The notes below the pieces were generated by a model. It was not told where the DNA came from. It made no database searches and saw only the letters and a list, made by a program, of their open reading frames with translations. A program made the translations under genes and the position numbers. From an uncultured delta proteobacterium (lineage in GTDB: Bacteria; Myxococcota_A; Polyangia; Polyangiales; Polyangiaceae), in contig CAWDXG010000004.1 in assembly GCA_963806225.1 (NCBI GenBank), forward strand, positions 4,384,001-4,448,000: a stretch of 64,000 nucleotides of DNA, given 5' to 3'. This document shows positions 32,010 through 49,400 of the stretch, one piece after another. Each line of letters begins with the position of its first letter. Positions within the stretch are counted from its first letter, which is position 1.

Positions 32010-33439
32010 ATGGACGCACGAGCTGGAAGCACGAATCCGGGGCCACAGCCCGATCAGGGCTTGGTGGCCATCATCGACGACGACCCGACCGCCCGGCGCT
32101 TGATGCGCTTCTGGTTGGAACGGCAGGGCTATCGCACGGTGGAATACGACTGCGGGCGCGCGGTGCTCGACGACTCGGGCGAGCTGCCCGCGGCCGCTTG
32201 CGTCGACCTGGGGCTCGGCGACGTGCCGGGGTTGAAGGTACTCCAGCATCTCAAGGCCCGGGACGACGCGATGCCCCTGATCGTCGTCACGGCGCAGCGA
32301 GAGCTGGAGACTGCGGTGGCGGCGATGCGGGCGGGCGCCTACGACTACGTGACCAAGCCGCTGGAGCGGGACCGGTTGGTGCACGCCGTCCGGCGTGCCA
32401 TCGAACGGCGCGAGCTGCTCAGCAGCGTGCGCCGGCTCGAGAACGCGCTCAGCGAGAAGAACGGCATGGAGGGCATTGTCGGACAGAGTCCGCCCATGCA
32501 GGAGCTGGCGCGCCAGGTGGAGCGGGTGCTCGGCAGCGATGTGGCTGTCTGCATCCACGGCGAGAGCGGTACCGGCAAGGAGCTCGTCGCCAATGCCATC
32601 CACGCCGGCGGTTCCAGGCGTCGCGGCCCCTTCGCGGCGATCAACTGCGCTGCGATTCCCGACTCGTTGCAGGAGTCGGAGCTATTCGGACACGAGCGAG
32701 GAGCGTTCACCGGCGCCACGCAGACCCATCGGGGTCGCTTCGAGCAGGCAGCGGGCGGGACGCTGTTTCTCGACGAGGTGGGCGAGATGAGCCCGTCGGC
32801 GCAGGCTGTGTTGCTCCGCACGTTGCAGCAGAAGACGATTCGCCGCGTCGGGGGACTTGCGGAGATTCCCGTCGACGTGCGCATCCTGTGCGCGACGCAC
32901 CGCGATCTGAAGACCGAAGTCGAAGCAGGGCGTTTCCGTGAAGACCTCTACTTCCGTCTGGTCGTCTATCCGATCCGCGTGCCGCCGTTGCGTGAGCGCC
33001 CGGCGGACATTCCGCTGCTCGTTGGTCACTTCCTCAGGAAGCTCGGACCGGATGCAGGTCGCGACGTGACCCGCGTCCAGCCCGACGTGCTCGAGGCGCT
33101 AGGTCGCTATCCCTGGCCCGGCAACGTGCGTGAGCTGGAGAACGTCGTTCACCGCAGCTTGCTTTCCTGCGCCGGCGCGGAGGTCGCGCTGGCCGATCTC
33201 CCCCCGGACATCCGCGCTCTGGCATTGCCCAGCCTTCCGCCGGACTCGAGAGCGGGAGCTTCGAATGGCCGTGCCGAGCCGGACCGGATCGTTCCGCTCC
33301 GTGAGCTGGAGCGCCAGGCGATCGAGCGTGCGCTCAAGGCAACCCACGGCAGCGTCGGCAAGGCTGCCAAGCTGCTCGGCATGGGCCGGGCGACGCTCTA
33401 CCGGCGTCTGGCAACGCTCGGAGAGGAGCGAGGTGCGGC

Positions 33440-33443
<4 letters not shown>
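32010..33443 (+). CDS. Sigma54-dependent response regulator (REC-AAA+-Fis HTH)
   Basis: IIDDD...DLGL...KP receiver; GESGTGKE, ESELFGHERGAFTGA, LFLDEVGE, FREDLYFRL, WPGNVREL; Fis HTH. Confidence 0.96.
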
Positions 33444-35053
<1,610 letters not shown>

Positions 35054-35059
35054 CCGCGG

Positions 35060-36193
35060 CTACTTCTCCGCGGCCGCAAACAGCAGCGTGCCGGCGCCCA
35101 GCCGCACGCGGTGGCCCCGCCACTCGATGTGCCGCTTGAACAGCGCCCGGCCCCAGACGAACAGTACGCAGATCTCCCGCAGCGGTGACAGGAGCGCCGG
35201 CAGCCACGCGCGCTTCCAGCCGCGCAGCGCCACCCAGCCTCCGACGTCGCGCAGCGCCAACAGGCCGAACGTCGCGGCGACGCCGGCGGGTCCGAGCCAC
35301 AAAAGGGCCAGCGGCAGCGTCGCCAGGGGGCTGGTCAGCGGTTCGAGCAGGTAGGCCGCGGGCCTGAGCCGCCAGCGCAGCATGCTCCAGCGCAGGTGGC
35401 GCTGCATGAAGCCGGTAACCCGCATGCTCGAGGTGACGTTCTCGAGCACCGTGGGAGCGATGCGCACGCCGTAGCCTGCGTGCTGGAACATCTTGCCCAT
35501 CACGAAGTCCTCGGCCAGCACGTCTGCGACGCGCTCGAAACCGCCGAGCGTCTCGAACGTCGACTGCGACAGCAGCATTGATTTGCCGACGACCAGGGCA
35601 TCGCCGAGCGCTGTCGGCAGCGCCGCGCCAGCGGCACAGAAGCCGTTGAGCTGCACGTTCTCGAGCGCGGCCCCCAGCGTGTTCTCTCCCGCGCCCACGA
35701 ACAGGTTCGTAACCAGGCCGATGTTGTCCCGGCTGTGCAGCGTATCGACCATCTCGGCCAGGTAGTGCGGCGGCGCGTGCACGTTGCTGTCGCTGATCAC
35801 GACCAGATCGTGCCCGACATGCGGCAGCATGCCGCGCAGGTTCCTGACCTTGGGATTGATGCCACCTCCGCCGGTGTGCACAACCAGTCGGGCGTGCACG
35901 TGCGGATGGCGCTGCTGCAGCCGCTCGACGACGGCGATGGCCGGGTCGTGCGGGTCCTGCACGCCGAACACGAGCTCGTAGTCGGGATACTGCTGGTTGA
36001 AGAAGCTTTCCAGGTTGTCCTCGAGCCCGGCATCCGCCCCGCACAGCGGTTTGAGCACTGACAGCGGGGGCCGGTGCACGGAGGGCTCGATGCGTCGGCT
36101 CTGCGCGCGGCGCGCGATGCGCACCACGTTGAAGAAGCCGAGCACGGTCCAGGCCGTGCACAACACGACGGCGAGTGCGGCGATCGGGATCAT
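35060..36193 (-). CDS. GT21-family glycosyltransferase (ceramide glucosyltransferase / HpnI-like)
   Basis: SVLKPLCG, NPKVRNL, ISDSNV, GKSM, LAEDF, RHLRW, IEWRG. Confidence 0.9.
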   Translation of the reverse strand: MIPIAALAVVLCTAWTVLGFFNVVRIARRAQSRRIEPSVHRPPLSVLKPLCGADAGLEDNLESFFNQQYPDYELVFGVQDPHDPAIAVVERLQQRHPHVHARLVVHTGGGGINPKVRNLRGMLPHVGHDLVVISDSNVHAPPHYLAEMVDTLHSRDNIGLVTNLFVGAGENTLGAALENVQLNGFCAAGAALPTALGDALVVGKSMLLSQSTFETLGGFERVADVLAEDFVMGKMFQHAGYGVRIAPTVLENVTSSMRVTGFMQRHLRWSMLRWRLRPAAYLLEPLTSPLATLPLALLWLGPAGVAATFGLLALRDVGGWVALRGWKRAWLPALLSPLREICVLFVWGRALFKRHIEWRGHRVRLGAGTLLFAAAEK

Positions 36194-36615
36194 GATGCTT
36201 GTCCTTCCATGGGCCCAGCTCCGGTACGGAAGATCCGCGTCCAGAGCGGAAGACAGATGGCGAAATAGACCAGCAACGTCGTGGCCAGTCTCACGGCCAG
36301 ATACGGCAGGTGCGTCAGCGCCATCGCGCGGTCGAACAACACCAGATTGGCGACGAACCCGAGCGCTTCCACCGCCATGAACTGCGCGCCCTGCCGCAGC
36401 CATTCGGGTCGCCGGTCCTCGAACGCGACCAGCTTGTTGCCCAGGAATTGCACCACTATCCCGAGCACCAACGCTGGCAGGCTCGCCGCGCGCGGCGAGA
36501 GGCCGAGGCCGCTCACCAGCAGCGCGAGCACTCCGAGGTCCGTCGCGGTTGCGAACACCCCGACGCCCATCGAGCGCACGAGCACGGCCAGCCTGTGCAG
36601 GATCCGGTTCGACAT
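36190..36615 (-). CDS. GtrA-family membrane protein
   Basis: VGVFATATDL, F.GNK..AF, four TM segments, ends W.RIF; overlaps GT start. Confidence 0.8.
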   Translation of the reverse strand: MSNRILHRLAVLVRSMGVGVFATATDLGVLALLVSGLGLSPRAASLPALVLGIVVQFLGNKLVAFEDRRPEWLRQGAQFMAVEALGFVANLVLFDRAMALTHLPYLAVRLATTLLVYFAICLPLWTRIFRTGAGPMEGQAS

Positions 36616-36628
36616 GCCCAACCCCAAG

Positions 36629-36644
36629 AGCGAGAGACATGCCA
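36629..36644 (-). promoter_or_regulatory. Sigma54 promoter for gtrA-GT21 operon
   Basis: TGGCATG-TCTC-TCGCT on minus strand, 14 nt before ATG 36615. Confidence 0.6.
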
Positions 36645-36715
36645 CAAGCCGGGATCAGTAATTTCAACCACTTGCGACCGTGGCGCGAAGCCCGGGCCGC
36701 GTAGCCAGCTTCACA

Positions 36716-36730
36716 AGTGGTTTAACCACT
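36716..36730. promoter_or_regulatory. Palindromic operator AGTGGTT-T-AACCACT (FadR/GntR-like)
   Basis: Perfect palindrome with TGGT-N3-ACCA core; extra AACCACT half-site at ~36666. Confidence 0.5.
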
Positions 36731-36737
36731 ACGCGGT

Positions 36738-38858
36738 GTGGCGCCGGATGCACTCTGCCCGGCAAGGTCGGGCTACGGTTCGGCGCGATGCGTTGGCTTT
36801 CGATTTCCTTCGATCGCGGGGTGCGCGCTTCTAGCCGCGTCCGCCTGCAGCAACGACAAACCCAAGAAGAAGCCGCTCGGCGGCGCCGGTGGCGCCTTCG
36901 AGGGGGGCCTCGACGGCAGCGGCGGAGGCGTGGGGGGCACGGGCGGCAGCGCCGGTCTGGACGCGGGCCCCGATGTCGTCGACGCGTCGAAGGACGTTGC
37001 GACGGAAGCGCAGCCCGAAGCGGCGCCACCTCCGCCTCCGCTCTTCTTCTCGGTGTCGCCCGGCGCGCTGGGTCAAACGGGAAGCGGTGTCGCGCAGCAG
37101 ACGAGCCCGCAGAGCGTCGTGTACGGATCGGCGACCGCGGCGAGCGCGCCCAGCGCGGGGAGCAACGTGCTCGTAGCCAAGCCGTCGGAGCTCGGCCTCG
37201 ACCCTCTCGACGACATCGACGCAGTCAGCGTCAGGAAGCCGATGCCGGCGCATCCCTTCTACTACTTCTCGGTGGACGACGCGTACCACTTCTACCGGGG
37301 AACGGACGTCGACCAGGCCGCATACCACTACACGCAGCGCGGCGACGTGTTCCTCTCCGACGGTATCGTCCATGACATCGTAGAGGGCACCGAAGGCTTC
37401 AACGGCTTGTACTCCACCGGGCTCTCGGTCGGTCTTGGGCAGCACTCGACCGGCACCGGCGATGCGGGCACGGAAGCAGGTGCCGACGCTGCGACCGACG
37501 CAGCCACGGGCACCGATGCGGGCCCCGGGCTTGTCGACGACAACCTCGATGCGCTCGAAATCGGCGTGACCCCCGCGAACGCGGGCACGGCGTATTTCTC
37601 GGTCGACCCGGGCGCGAGCGGCGCGGCGGGCAGCTCGGTGGCGTCCACGGCGGCGGGCGAGCGCGGTTGTACGATCTACGCCTCGGGTCGCGACGGGAAG
37701 AACCACGTCGTCTATTCCTGCGCGCAGATCGGGCTCGCCTCCGGCGATAACGTGGACGCCCTGGCCGTCGTCGACACGGGGTCGGGTACCCGTGTCTACT
37801 TCTCGGTCGACGCGACGACCGTCGGTGCCGCCGGCACGGACATCAACGGGGACACGCAGAGTCAATACAACCCCTATCGCGCGGACATCTTCTACTCCGA
37901 CGGCGACAACACGAATCATCTTGCCGTGGACGCCACCGGCTTTGCGCTCGGCACTGACTACAACGTCGACGCCCTGGCGATCGTCGATGATCCGCGCGAT
38001 CCGCTATACGTACCCTCGGGCAACTGCACGCTCTCGCCGAGCCCGGTGGCCCCGGTGGACGGCGGTGTCACGTACAATTACTACATCGCCGGAAACATCT
38101 CCGGCAGCCTCGAGCTCTTCTATGCGGAAAACGCGACAGCTGGAGACCAGTTCAGCGCCTACGACCTCGCTACCTGCCAGCGCGTCGGTCAGCCAGTCGC
38201 CGGCTCGTATGCCGTCACCGGCAGCGGTGACATCGTGCCGGTGCCGCAGGTGGGATGGTCGGCCGCCCAGCCGCTCTCGAATCTCGACGTGTGGTTCATC
38301 TCCGCCAACGTCACGTCGATCGATCTCGAACGTATCGATCTGGCGACTGGCCAGACGCTTGCGGCGTACACGACCGCCGTCAACGATTACGTGTACAGTT
38401 CGCGCACCATCTACCTGCCGGGCAAGAACCAGTTCGCGGTCGTTAGCGATGACTCCATCATCCTGATCGACGTACCGGCAGGCAATCCGGGCGACGCGGG
38501 TGTGGTCACGCTGCCGCCGTCGACGCTGATCGACAAGTACTGCTACGGGTCCGGGCAAGCCCTGGGATTCGATCCATCGGGATTCATCGAGCAGGCCTTC
38601 CTTTCCGATCCCTCGTTCACGCCGCTCGAAACGCGGGACTGCCGCCTCCGGCTGGACGGCTATCCTGCGCAGCCCTACCGCCCGTGGGACCAGGGCAGCC
38701 TCGGCGGCAACCTGGACCATGGCGTCATCCTCCCCGATCAAGCCCTCTACCTGTTCGAACGCCAGAACAACGACATCCAGGTCCACGCCTTCGCGCCGCC
38801 CTCGACCGTGGACGGCGGCGTCCCCGACGGCGGGTCCGGCGACGCGGGTGGCGGCTGA
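36738..38858 (+). CDS. Large lipoprotein with repeated FSV / DxDA motifs (start uncertain)
   Basis: Lipobox ASAC, Gly-rich linker, repeats DDIDAV, DNLDAL, DNVDAL, YNVDAL associated with (Y/F)FSV. Confidence 0.75.
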   Translation: MAPDALCPARSGYGSARCVGFRFPSIAGCALLAASACSNDKPKKKPLGGAGGAFEGGLDGSGGGVGGTGGSAGLDAGPDVVDASKDVATEAQPEAAPPPPPLFFSVSPGALGQTGSGVAQQTSPQSVVYGSATAASAPSAGSNVLVAKPSELGLDPLDDIDAVSVRKPMPAHPFYYFSVDDAYHFYRGTDVDQAAYHYTQRGDVFLSDGIVHDIVEGTEGFNGLYSTGLSVGLGQHSTGTGDAGTEAGADAATDAATGTDAGPGLVDDNLDALEIGVTPANAGTAYFSVDPGASGAAGSSVASTAAGERGCTIYASGRDGKNHVVYSCAQIGLASGDNVDALAVVDTGSGTRVYFSVDATTVGAAGTDINGDTQSQYNPYRADIFYSDGDNTNHLAVDATGFALGTDYNVDALAIVDDPRDPLYVPSGNCTLSPSPVAPVDGGVTYNYYIAGNISGSLELFYAENATAGDQFSAYDLATCQRVGQPVAGSYAVTGSGDIVPVPQVGWSAAQPLSNLDVWFISANVTSIDLERIDLATGQTLAAYTTAVNDYVYSSRTIYLPGKNQFAVVSDDSIILIDVPAGNPGDAGVVTLPPSTLIDKYCYGSGQALGFDPSGFIEQAFLSDPSFTPLETRDCRLRLDGYPAQPYRPWDQGSLGGNLDHGVILPDQALYLFERQNNDIQVHAFAPPSTVDGGVPDGGSGDAGGG

Positions 38859-38860
38859 GG

Positions 38861-39529
38861 TCAGAGCCAGGCGTACGCTTCGCGCAGGGCGTCGTGCCCG
38901 CCGTGCGCGATGAGATCGCCGTGGGCCAACACCACGCCGTCGATGTCCCATTCGAGGATGCGGTCGACCTGGCGTCGAGCGAGCGTGCGGTCGCGCACGG
39001 CGATGTACTCGAGGTAGCCCTTGCCGGGAGCGCTGTTGCCCATCAACCAGGCTGCGGCCCGCGTCAGAGGCGACGGATGGCGGGCCAGGTTGAGCAGCGC
39101 GTCCGCACACACGAGGGTGCGGGTCGGCTCGTGGAAGAAGACGATCTCGTGCTCGAATCGCGCCGTGAGCGACGCCTGGTCGAGATCCTCCGACCAGACC
39201 GGGTGCGGCACGTCGCCCAGCACGCCAGTGAATCCGAGGTCGGAGCGCTTGCGCTCCAGTCCGGGGCACGCCCAGAACGACGCCTCCGGATACGCTGCCA
39301 TCCACTGACCGACGAACATGTGGTGATACAGGCTTGCGGCGACGACAGCGCGCACCGGACCGAGCGCGTCGACCTCACGCCGCGTTGCAGGATCCAGCGC
39401 TACCGGGCAGTGCACGAACAGCCCCCCGCCGGACAGTCGCACCAGGGTCATCCGCGTCCCCGTCTCGACGCCCCAGAACCTGAGCGGCTGCGCCACAGTC
39501 CATACTCCGTCGGCAAATGGTTGCAGCAC
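38861..39529 (-). CDS. DUF4336 family (metallo-beta-lactamase-like fold) protein
   Basis: GTRMTLVRL..GGLFVHCPV, YHHMF, EIVFFH..TRTLVCAD, VLAHG. Confidence 0.8.
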   Translation of the reverse strand: MLQPFADGVWTVAQPLRFWGVETGTRMTLVRLSGGGLFVHCPVALDPATRREVDALGPVRAVVAASLYHHMFVGQWMAAYPEASFWACPGLERKRSDLGFTGVLGDVPHPVWSEDLDQASLTARFEHEIVFFHEPTRTLVCADALLNLARHPSPLTRAAAWLMGNSAPGKGYLEYIAVRDRTLARRQVDRILEWDIDGVVLAHGDLIAHGGHDALREAYAWL

Positions 39530-39617
39530 CGGTCGACGATCGCCCGGGGCATGATCGGCGGCAAGGCCGCCCTGAAGCGCCGTGAAGGGGTGGCCGGTTT
39601 CTGGTAGGCTTTGCGGC

Positions 39618-39989
39618 ATGAGCGATAGCGAAGCCCCTGAATCCGAGCGAAGGCGCGAAGTGCGCAAGCTGTCCTGCATCCCGGCCTACGTGAAGACCGA
39701 GGACCAGCACCTCGCGTTGATCCGGGACGTGAGCCCGTCGGGTGCGCTGCTCTTTGTCCAGGAACCGCTGCCGGAAGGCGCGCGCGTGCATCTGGACCTG
39801 TACCTCGCCGGAGACGGCACCGAGTCGCGGCCGGTCGACGGCAAGATCGTCCGCTCCGAGAAGCGCACGGGTCCTCGCGAGGTCTGGGGCCACAAGATTG
39901 CCGTCGAGTTCGACGAGAAGATCGACGCCTACGCCGAGGAGATCGCCGCGCTCACGGAGCGACAGGCCGAGATGGGGCTGTTCAAGTAG
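39618..39989 (+). CDS. PilZ domain protein
   Basis: ERRREVR and DVSPSGA c-di-GMP motifs. Confidence 0.85.
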   Translation: MSDSEAPESERRREVRKLSCIPAYVKTEDQHLALIRDVSPSGALLFVQEPLPEGARVHLDLYLAGDGTESRPVDGKIVRSEKRTGPREVWGHKIAVEFDEKIDAYAEEIAALTERQAEMGLFK

Positions 39990-39992
39990 CGG

Positions 39993-42760
<2,768 letters not shown>

Positions 42761-42833
42761 TCAGAATGCCCAGCCCACGCTGCCGCCCATGTAGATCAGC
42801 CACTCTCCGCTGTTCTTGTGCCGCGCTGCCCCG

Positions 42834-44143
42834 TCATCCGGCAGAGCCGCGCGCAGCGCACGAGCGCCCTGCGCGGCGGGGCCTGCCACGAACGGCGAGC
42901 GTCGCGCCGAAATTGCCATCCTGTGCACCGGTGAGCGTTACCGCAGGCAGCGTGGCGACCCCGTTCTTCGATCCCGGAAAGACGTACACGCGCCCGGTTG
43001 CTTCCAGGGCTTCGTAGGCGGCGACCACGAGATCGGCGAAGCCGTCGCCATCGATGTCGCCCGGGCTCGTGGAAACGACGCCGAAGAAGCCGCCCGGTCC
43101 GTCCGGTCCGTCGAGCTGGACCGCGGGAATCGAAGCCACGCCGCCGGGGCCCCCGCGATACACGAAAGCGTTGCCCATCACGCTCGCGGTGTGGCCGTCG
43201 CCGAAAGCGCCGAGCGCTAGATCGGAGTAACCGTCGCCGTCGACATCGCCCGCGCTGGCGGCCTGGCTGCCGAATGCGTAGGTGCCGGGGCCTTCAATCT
43301 CGGTGGCGGGAGCGACGGGCAAGCCCGACGGGCTGCCCAGGTAGACGTACACGCGTCCGTGGTTGCTGGCCACGTCGACGTTGCCGCTTCGACGGTCGTT
43401 GGTCCAGCCCGCGGTGACCAGGACGTCGGCGTAGCCGTCGCCGTTCACGTCGCCCGCGCACGCGACGACCGCGCCAAACGACGAGTCGGTGACGAGCGGA
43501 TCCTCGCCGGTCGTGGCTGTGGTCAGCTGGGTGGCAATCGAAAACGAGCCGCTCCGGCTGCCGCGGTAGAGATACGCTTCGCCCCAGGCGCCCTGGTCGG
43601 GCGCGCCGATGACGAAGTCGTCGAGCCCGTCACCGTCGACATCGCCGGCGCCGGACACGGCGTCACCGAACTGTGCCGGCACGCTGGACGGCGCCTTGGG
43701 CGGCGTCAGCGTCACCGGGTGCGCCGGTCCGTGCGGTCCGCCGAAGTACAGGTACGCGCGACCCTGCTTCGAGTCCTCGTGCGAAGCGCCGACAAGCAGA
43801 TCTCCGTATCCATCACCGTTGACGTCGCCCACGCCGGCCACCGCGCCGCCGAAGCGCGTCTCCGGGTCGTGGGCGGACAGCACCAGCGAGGGGTGCGCCC
43901 CGAGACCCGCGGCGCTGCCGAAGTAGACGTACACGCGTCCCACAGCGCCGCCCTTCGGTAGAGCCGGTGCACCGACGGCCAGATCCGCGAAGCCGTCGCC
44001 GTCCAGATCCCCCGCGTTCGCAACGAAGGCGAAGAACTGTCGGGGTGCGGCGGGCGGAGCGGGCTGTTAACCGACAAGCAAGCATGCGCCCCGAACGCGG
44101 GTAGCACGGCCCCCGGCACCGGGCTACCCCGCGCCGGTGCCAC
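42834..44143 (-). CDS. FG-GAP (integrin-alpha-like) repeat protein; 5' end frameshifted or uncertain
   Basis: Repeated GD(V/L/I)(N/D)GDG(Y/F).D..VGA and G.VYVY.G motifs; repeat frame has an in-frame stop near 44070. Confidence 0.8.
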
Positions 44144-44158
44144 GACTGTCCAGCGGCG

Positions 44159-45646
44159 CTACTTCTCCCCGAGCCGCTCCACCACGCACTTTGCACCGCG
44201 GTCGCAATCCATGAGCACGCTCTGCAGGGTCAGCCGATCGCGAGAGTCGGCGCTGTCGAAGGCCGCGCAGAAGAACTCCACGGCGGACACGCCCTGGCGG
44301 AAGCCGTCGCTGCGCACCCAGAACGCGAGCGCAGTGCGGGCGTCGCGGTCCGGGATCTTCCGGTAGGCATCGACGAGCAGCTCGAGGAAGGCGCGGTGAT
44401 CGCCGCCGGTCAGCCGTGCGCCCAGATGTTCAAGCATCGAGCGCACGAAATACGAGCTTTGCAGCTTCGGCAACACGGCGGCCAGTCGTTCCTGCTCGGC
44501 GTGCGACAGCGGGCCGAGTGCCTCCACTGCGTCGAGCGCCTGCGACCCCCAGAGCGGCAACGAATCGTTCCGGAAGCCCGACGCGTGCTGCTCGAGCAGG
44601 TCGACCAGCCCGGGCGTCAGGCGCGCGAGGCGCGCGCGCATTTCGCGCCGGTGGGCGCGCACCTCGGCAGCCGCCATCCCCTGCCACGGGTTCGTCGGGC
44701 CCGCGTCGGAGCGCGTCGCCAGCCACACGCGGCTCGAAAGCGCGTGGATCATCTCTGCCTGTCCTTCGATCGGCAGCAAGGGCGCGGTCGCGCGCCAGAG
44801 CGTCATCCACGTGTTGAAGTCGAGCCGCTGCGCCGACAGCGCGATGTGGCCGAGCTCGGTCGAGTCAGGCTCGTCGAGGAGCGCCGTGCGGAGTGCGCGG
44901 AGCAGTGCCGGGTCCACGTCGACCAGCGCCACCTCGACCCGGGTCAGCTTGCCGCTTCCGATGCGCCTCGCGACCACGTCGTGGCGGATGTCCACCAGCG
45001 CGTCGGCCAGCTCGCTGCGGTAGCTGCCGGCGTGCTGGCGGCCAAGCGATGCGATCTCACGCTCGATGGCGGGCAGCGCGTGCGGACCCACTTTGACAAG
45101 CCGGTACTGCGCGGTCGGATAGCCCGAGCGCAGGCGCCAGATGTAGTACTGCGTGCGCAGCGCGAGCCATCCGGCTCCGGTCAGCGCCACCGCGGCCACC
45201 ACGGGCACCACGATGCGCCAGTGGCGCGCAGGCCACGTGTCGACAAGGCGGCGCTCCGCGAGCCGAAGCGAGATCAGCCAGCCCTCGCCCAGCGTCACGA
45301 TCAAGAGCGCCGGCGGCAGCGCCCAGAAATAGGCGAGGTAGTCCTGCCACACGGCGTAGTGGCCTCGCACCTCGGCGTAGCCGCGCGCCAGCGTGGACAG
45401 CCCCGCCGGCGCCAGCGCGAAGAACACGCCCGTCTTGATCGCCGTCGCGACGAGAAAGCCGATCCAGCTCCCGGACTTCAGCCACGACAGCGCCGTCGCG
45501 AGCACCGCCACCAGCACGAACACGCTCAGGAGCGGCGTCGCCAGCGCGTCCCGATCCGCCATGGCCGCGAACCACGCCGAGAGCCCCGCGACCAACGCGA
45601 TCGCTGTTGGCCCCCACGCAAGGGTCCGCCGTCTCCCCGGAGTCAC
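44159..45646 (-). CDS. Hypothetical membrane protein (N-terminal TMs, helical C-domain)
   Basis: About five hydrophobic segments followed by a soluble helical region; no family recognised. Confidence 0.65.
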   Translation of the reverse strand: MTPGRRRTLAWGPTAIALVAGLSAWFAAMADRDALATPLLSVFVLVAVLATALSWLKSGSWIGFLVATAIKTGVFFALAPAGLSTLARGYAEVRGHYAVWQDYLAYFWALPPALLIVTLGEGWLISLRLAERRLVDTWPARHWRIVVPVVAAVALTGAGWLALRTQYYIWRLRSGYPTAQYRLVKVGPHALPAIEREIASLGRQHAGSYRSELADALVDIRHDVVARRIGSGKLTRVEVALVDVDPALLRALRTALLDEPDSTELGHIALSAQRLDFNTWMTLWRATAPLLPIEGQAEMIHALSSRVWLATRSDAGPTNPWQGMAAAEVRAHRREMRARLARLTPGLVDLLEQHASGFRNDSLPLWGSQALDAVEALGPLSHAEQERLAAVLPKLQSSYFVRSMLEHLGARLTGGDHRAFLELLVDAYRKIPDRDARTALAFWVRSDGFRQGVSAVEFFCAAFDSADSRDRLTLQSVLMDCDRGAKCVVERLGEK

Positions 45647-45694
45647 GCGGGCAGCCTACGCCGGCGGAAGCGGCGGGGCGAGCCTTCGCCAAGC

Positions 45695-47791
<2,097 letters not shown>

Positions 47792-48008
47792 CAGGAGGGT
47801 GCTCCGGGTGGTGTGGGCTCGGATGGCGTCGGAAGTGCCCCGTCCGGGGCGTACGCGCCGTCGAGGCGGGCCGTGGCGCATGCCGCGGTGCGGCAGGGGC
47901 GGCGGGCAGGAACGGGCGGGGCACGTATAGACCAGGAATGCGGGGAACGAAAGCCGATGCCTGGATTAGGTCGACTGGCCGGCCTCCTGCTCCGGGGTCG
48001 ACCGGCGT

Positions 48009-49184
48009 CTAGCCTTTTCGCGGGTCCCGATGCCCGGGGTCGTCGACATCCGGCGCGTCGTCGCCGGATAGCCATCCTTTGTGCCAGAAGAAGATCATCA
48101 GCCCGAGCGCCACCATCAGCATCAGCGCCCAGGCCGCGGGGTAGCCGTAGCGCCAGCCGAGCTCGGGCATGTTGTAGCGCGAGGCGGCGCGGTCGAAGTT
48201 CATCCCGTACAGGCTGGTCACGAACGTGAGCGGGATGAAGATCGTCGCGATCACGGTCAACAGCTTCATGATCTCGTTCATGCGATTGGACACGCTGGAC
48301 AGATACACGTCCATCAGTCCGTTGCCGATCTCGCGGTACGTCTCGATCATGTCGATGAGCTGGATGGTGTGGTCGTAGCAGTCGCGCAGATAGACGCGCG
48401 TCTCCTTGGTGATGAGCTCCGTCTCGTCGTGCAACAGCGCGTTGAGCGCTTCGCGCAGCGGCCAGACGGCGCGGCGGAACTGCATCAGATCATGACGCGC
48501 GCCGAGGATGCGCCGCGGCGTGGTCTTGCTGGGGCTGGCGAGCACCTCGACCTCGAGCTTCTCCAGCTCGTCGCCGTAGCTCTCGACCAACGGGAAGTAG
48601 TGGTCGATGACGGCGTCGACCAGAGCGTAGGCGAGGTAGTCCGTGCCTCCGCTGCGGATCCGCCCGCGTCCCTGGCGTAGGCGCTGCCGGATCGGACCGA
48701 GGCAGTCGCCGCCGGGCCGCTCCTGGAAGGTGGCAACGAACCTGGGTGCCAGAAACATGCTGAGCTGCTCCGTGACGAGCTGGCCATCCTCGATCTCGGC
48801 CATGCGTACGACGATGAACTTGTAGTCCTCGTACTGCTCCACCTTCGAGCGCTGGTAATTGCTGAACACGTCTTCCAGCGCCAGAGGGTGCAGGTCGAGT
48901 ACGTCGGCGATGGACTGCACCTGCTTCACGTCGCCAAGACCGTCCATGTCGACCCACGTCACCGGCCAGTTCGCAAGGTAGTCGCGAAGCTCGACCGGGT
49001 CGTCGACTTTCCCTTCGGAAAACTCCGACTCGCTGTAGGCCATGACCCGGACTTCGGCCTTCGGCGCCTCCGGGTTCGGCGTGATCGTGCCGGGCGGCGC
49101 GCCGGGCTCCGTCCTGCGCCGGACCGGAATCAGCTTGCGGCCGAGGAAGCGGAGCGACGGGAGCGACGGGATCGGGAGAGCCAT
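48009..49184 (-). CDS. corA: Magnesium/cobalt transporter
   Basis: LHPLALED, QRSKVE, NRMNEIMK.LT, YGMNF, MPEL. Confidence 0.95.
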   Translation of the reverse strand: MALPIPSLPSLRFLGRKLIPVRRRTEPGAPPGTITPNPEAPKAEVRVMAYSESEFSEGKVDDPVELRDYLANWPVTWVDMDGLGDVKQVQSIADVLDLHPLALEDVFSNYQRSKVEQYEDYKFIVVRMAEIEDGQLVTEQLSMFLAPRFVATFQERPGGDCLGPIRQRLRQGRGRIRSGGTDYLAYALVDAVIDHYFPLVESYGDELEKLEVEVLASPSKTTPRRILGARHDLMQFRRAVWPLREALNALLHDETELITKETRVYLRDCYDHTIQLIDMIETYREIGNGLMDVYLSSVSNRMNEIMKLLTVIATIFIPLTFVTSLYGMNFDRAASRYNMPELGWRYGYPAAWALMLMVALGLMIFFWHKGWLSGDDAPDVDDPGHRDPRKG

Positions 49185-49241
49185 ACTCGCCTCGGCCGAG
49201 TGTCGCACACACGCGTCCTGGCCCGCGTAGCACCGACAACT

Positions 49242-49277
49242 GTGTCAAAATGCTACAACTATGTGGCAATTTGACAC
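49242..49277. promoter_or_regulatory. Two palindromes of the same GTGGCA-N3-TGCCAC family
   Basis: GTGTCAAAATGCTAC 49242 and GTGGCAATTTGACAC 49263, 21 bp apart, in a divergent intergenic gap. Confidence 0.55.
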
Positions 49278-49400
49278 GTTTCCGGCAGGGGGCTGCGGGG
49301 ACGGATGGGGTGGGCCTGCTTCGGGACCTGGTTGGGTGCCCCCCACCCAGCGCGCGGACGCGGTACATGTGGAGTAGCTCGCGACGTGGGCGGGTGGAAC

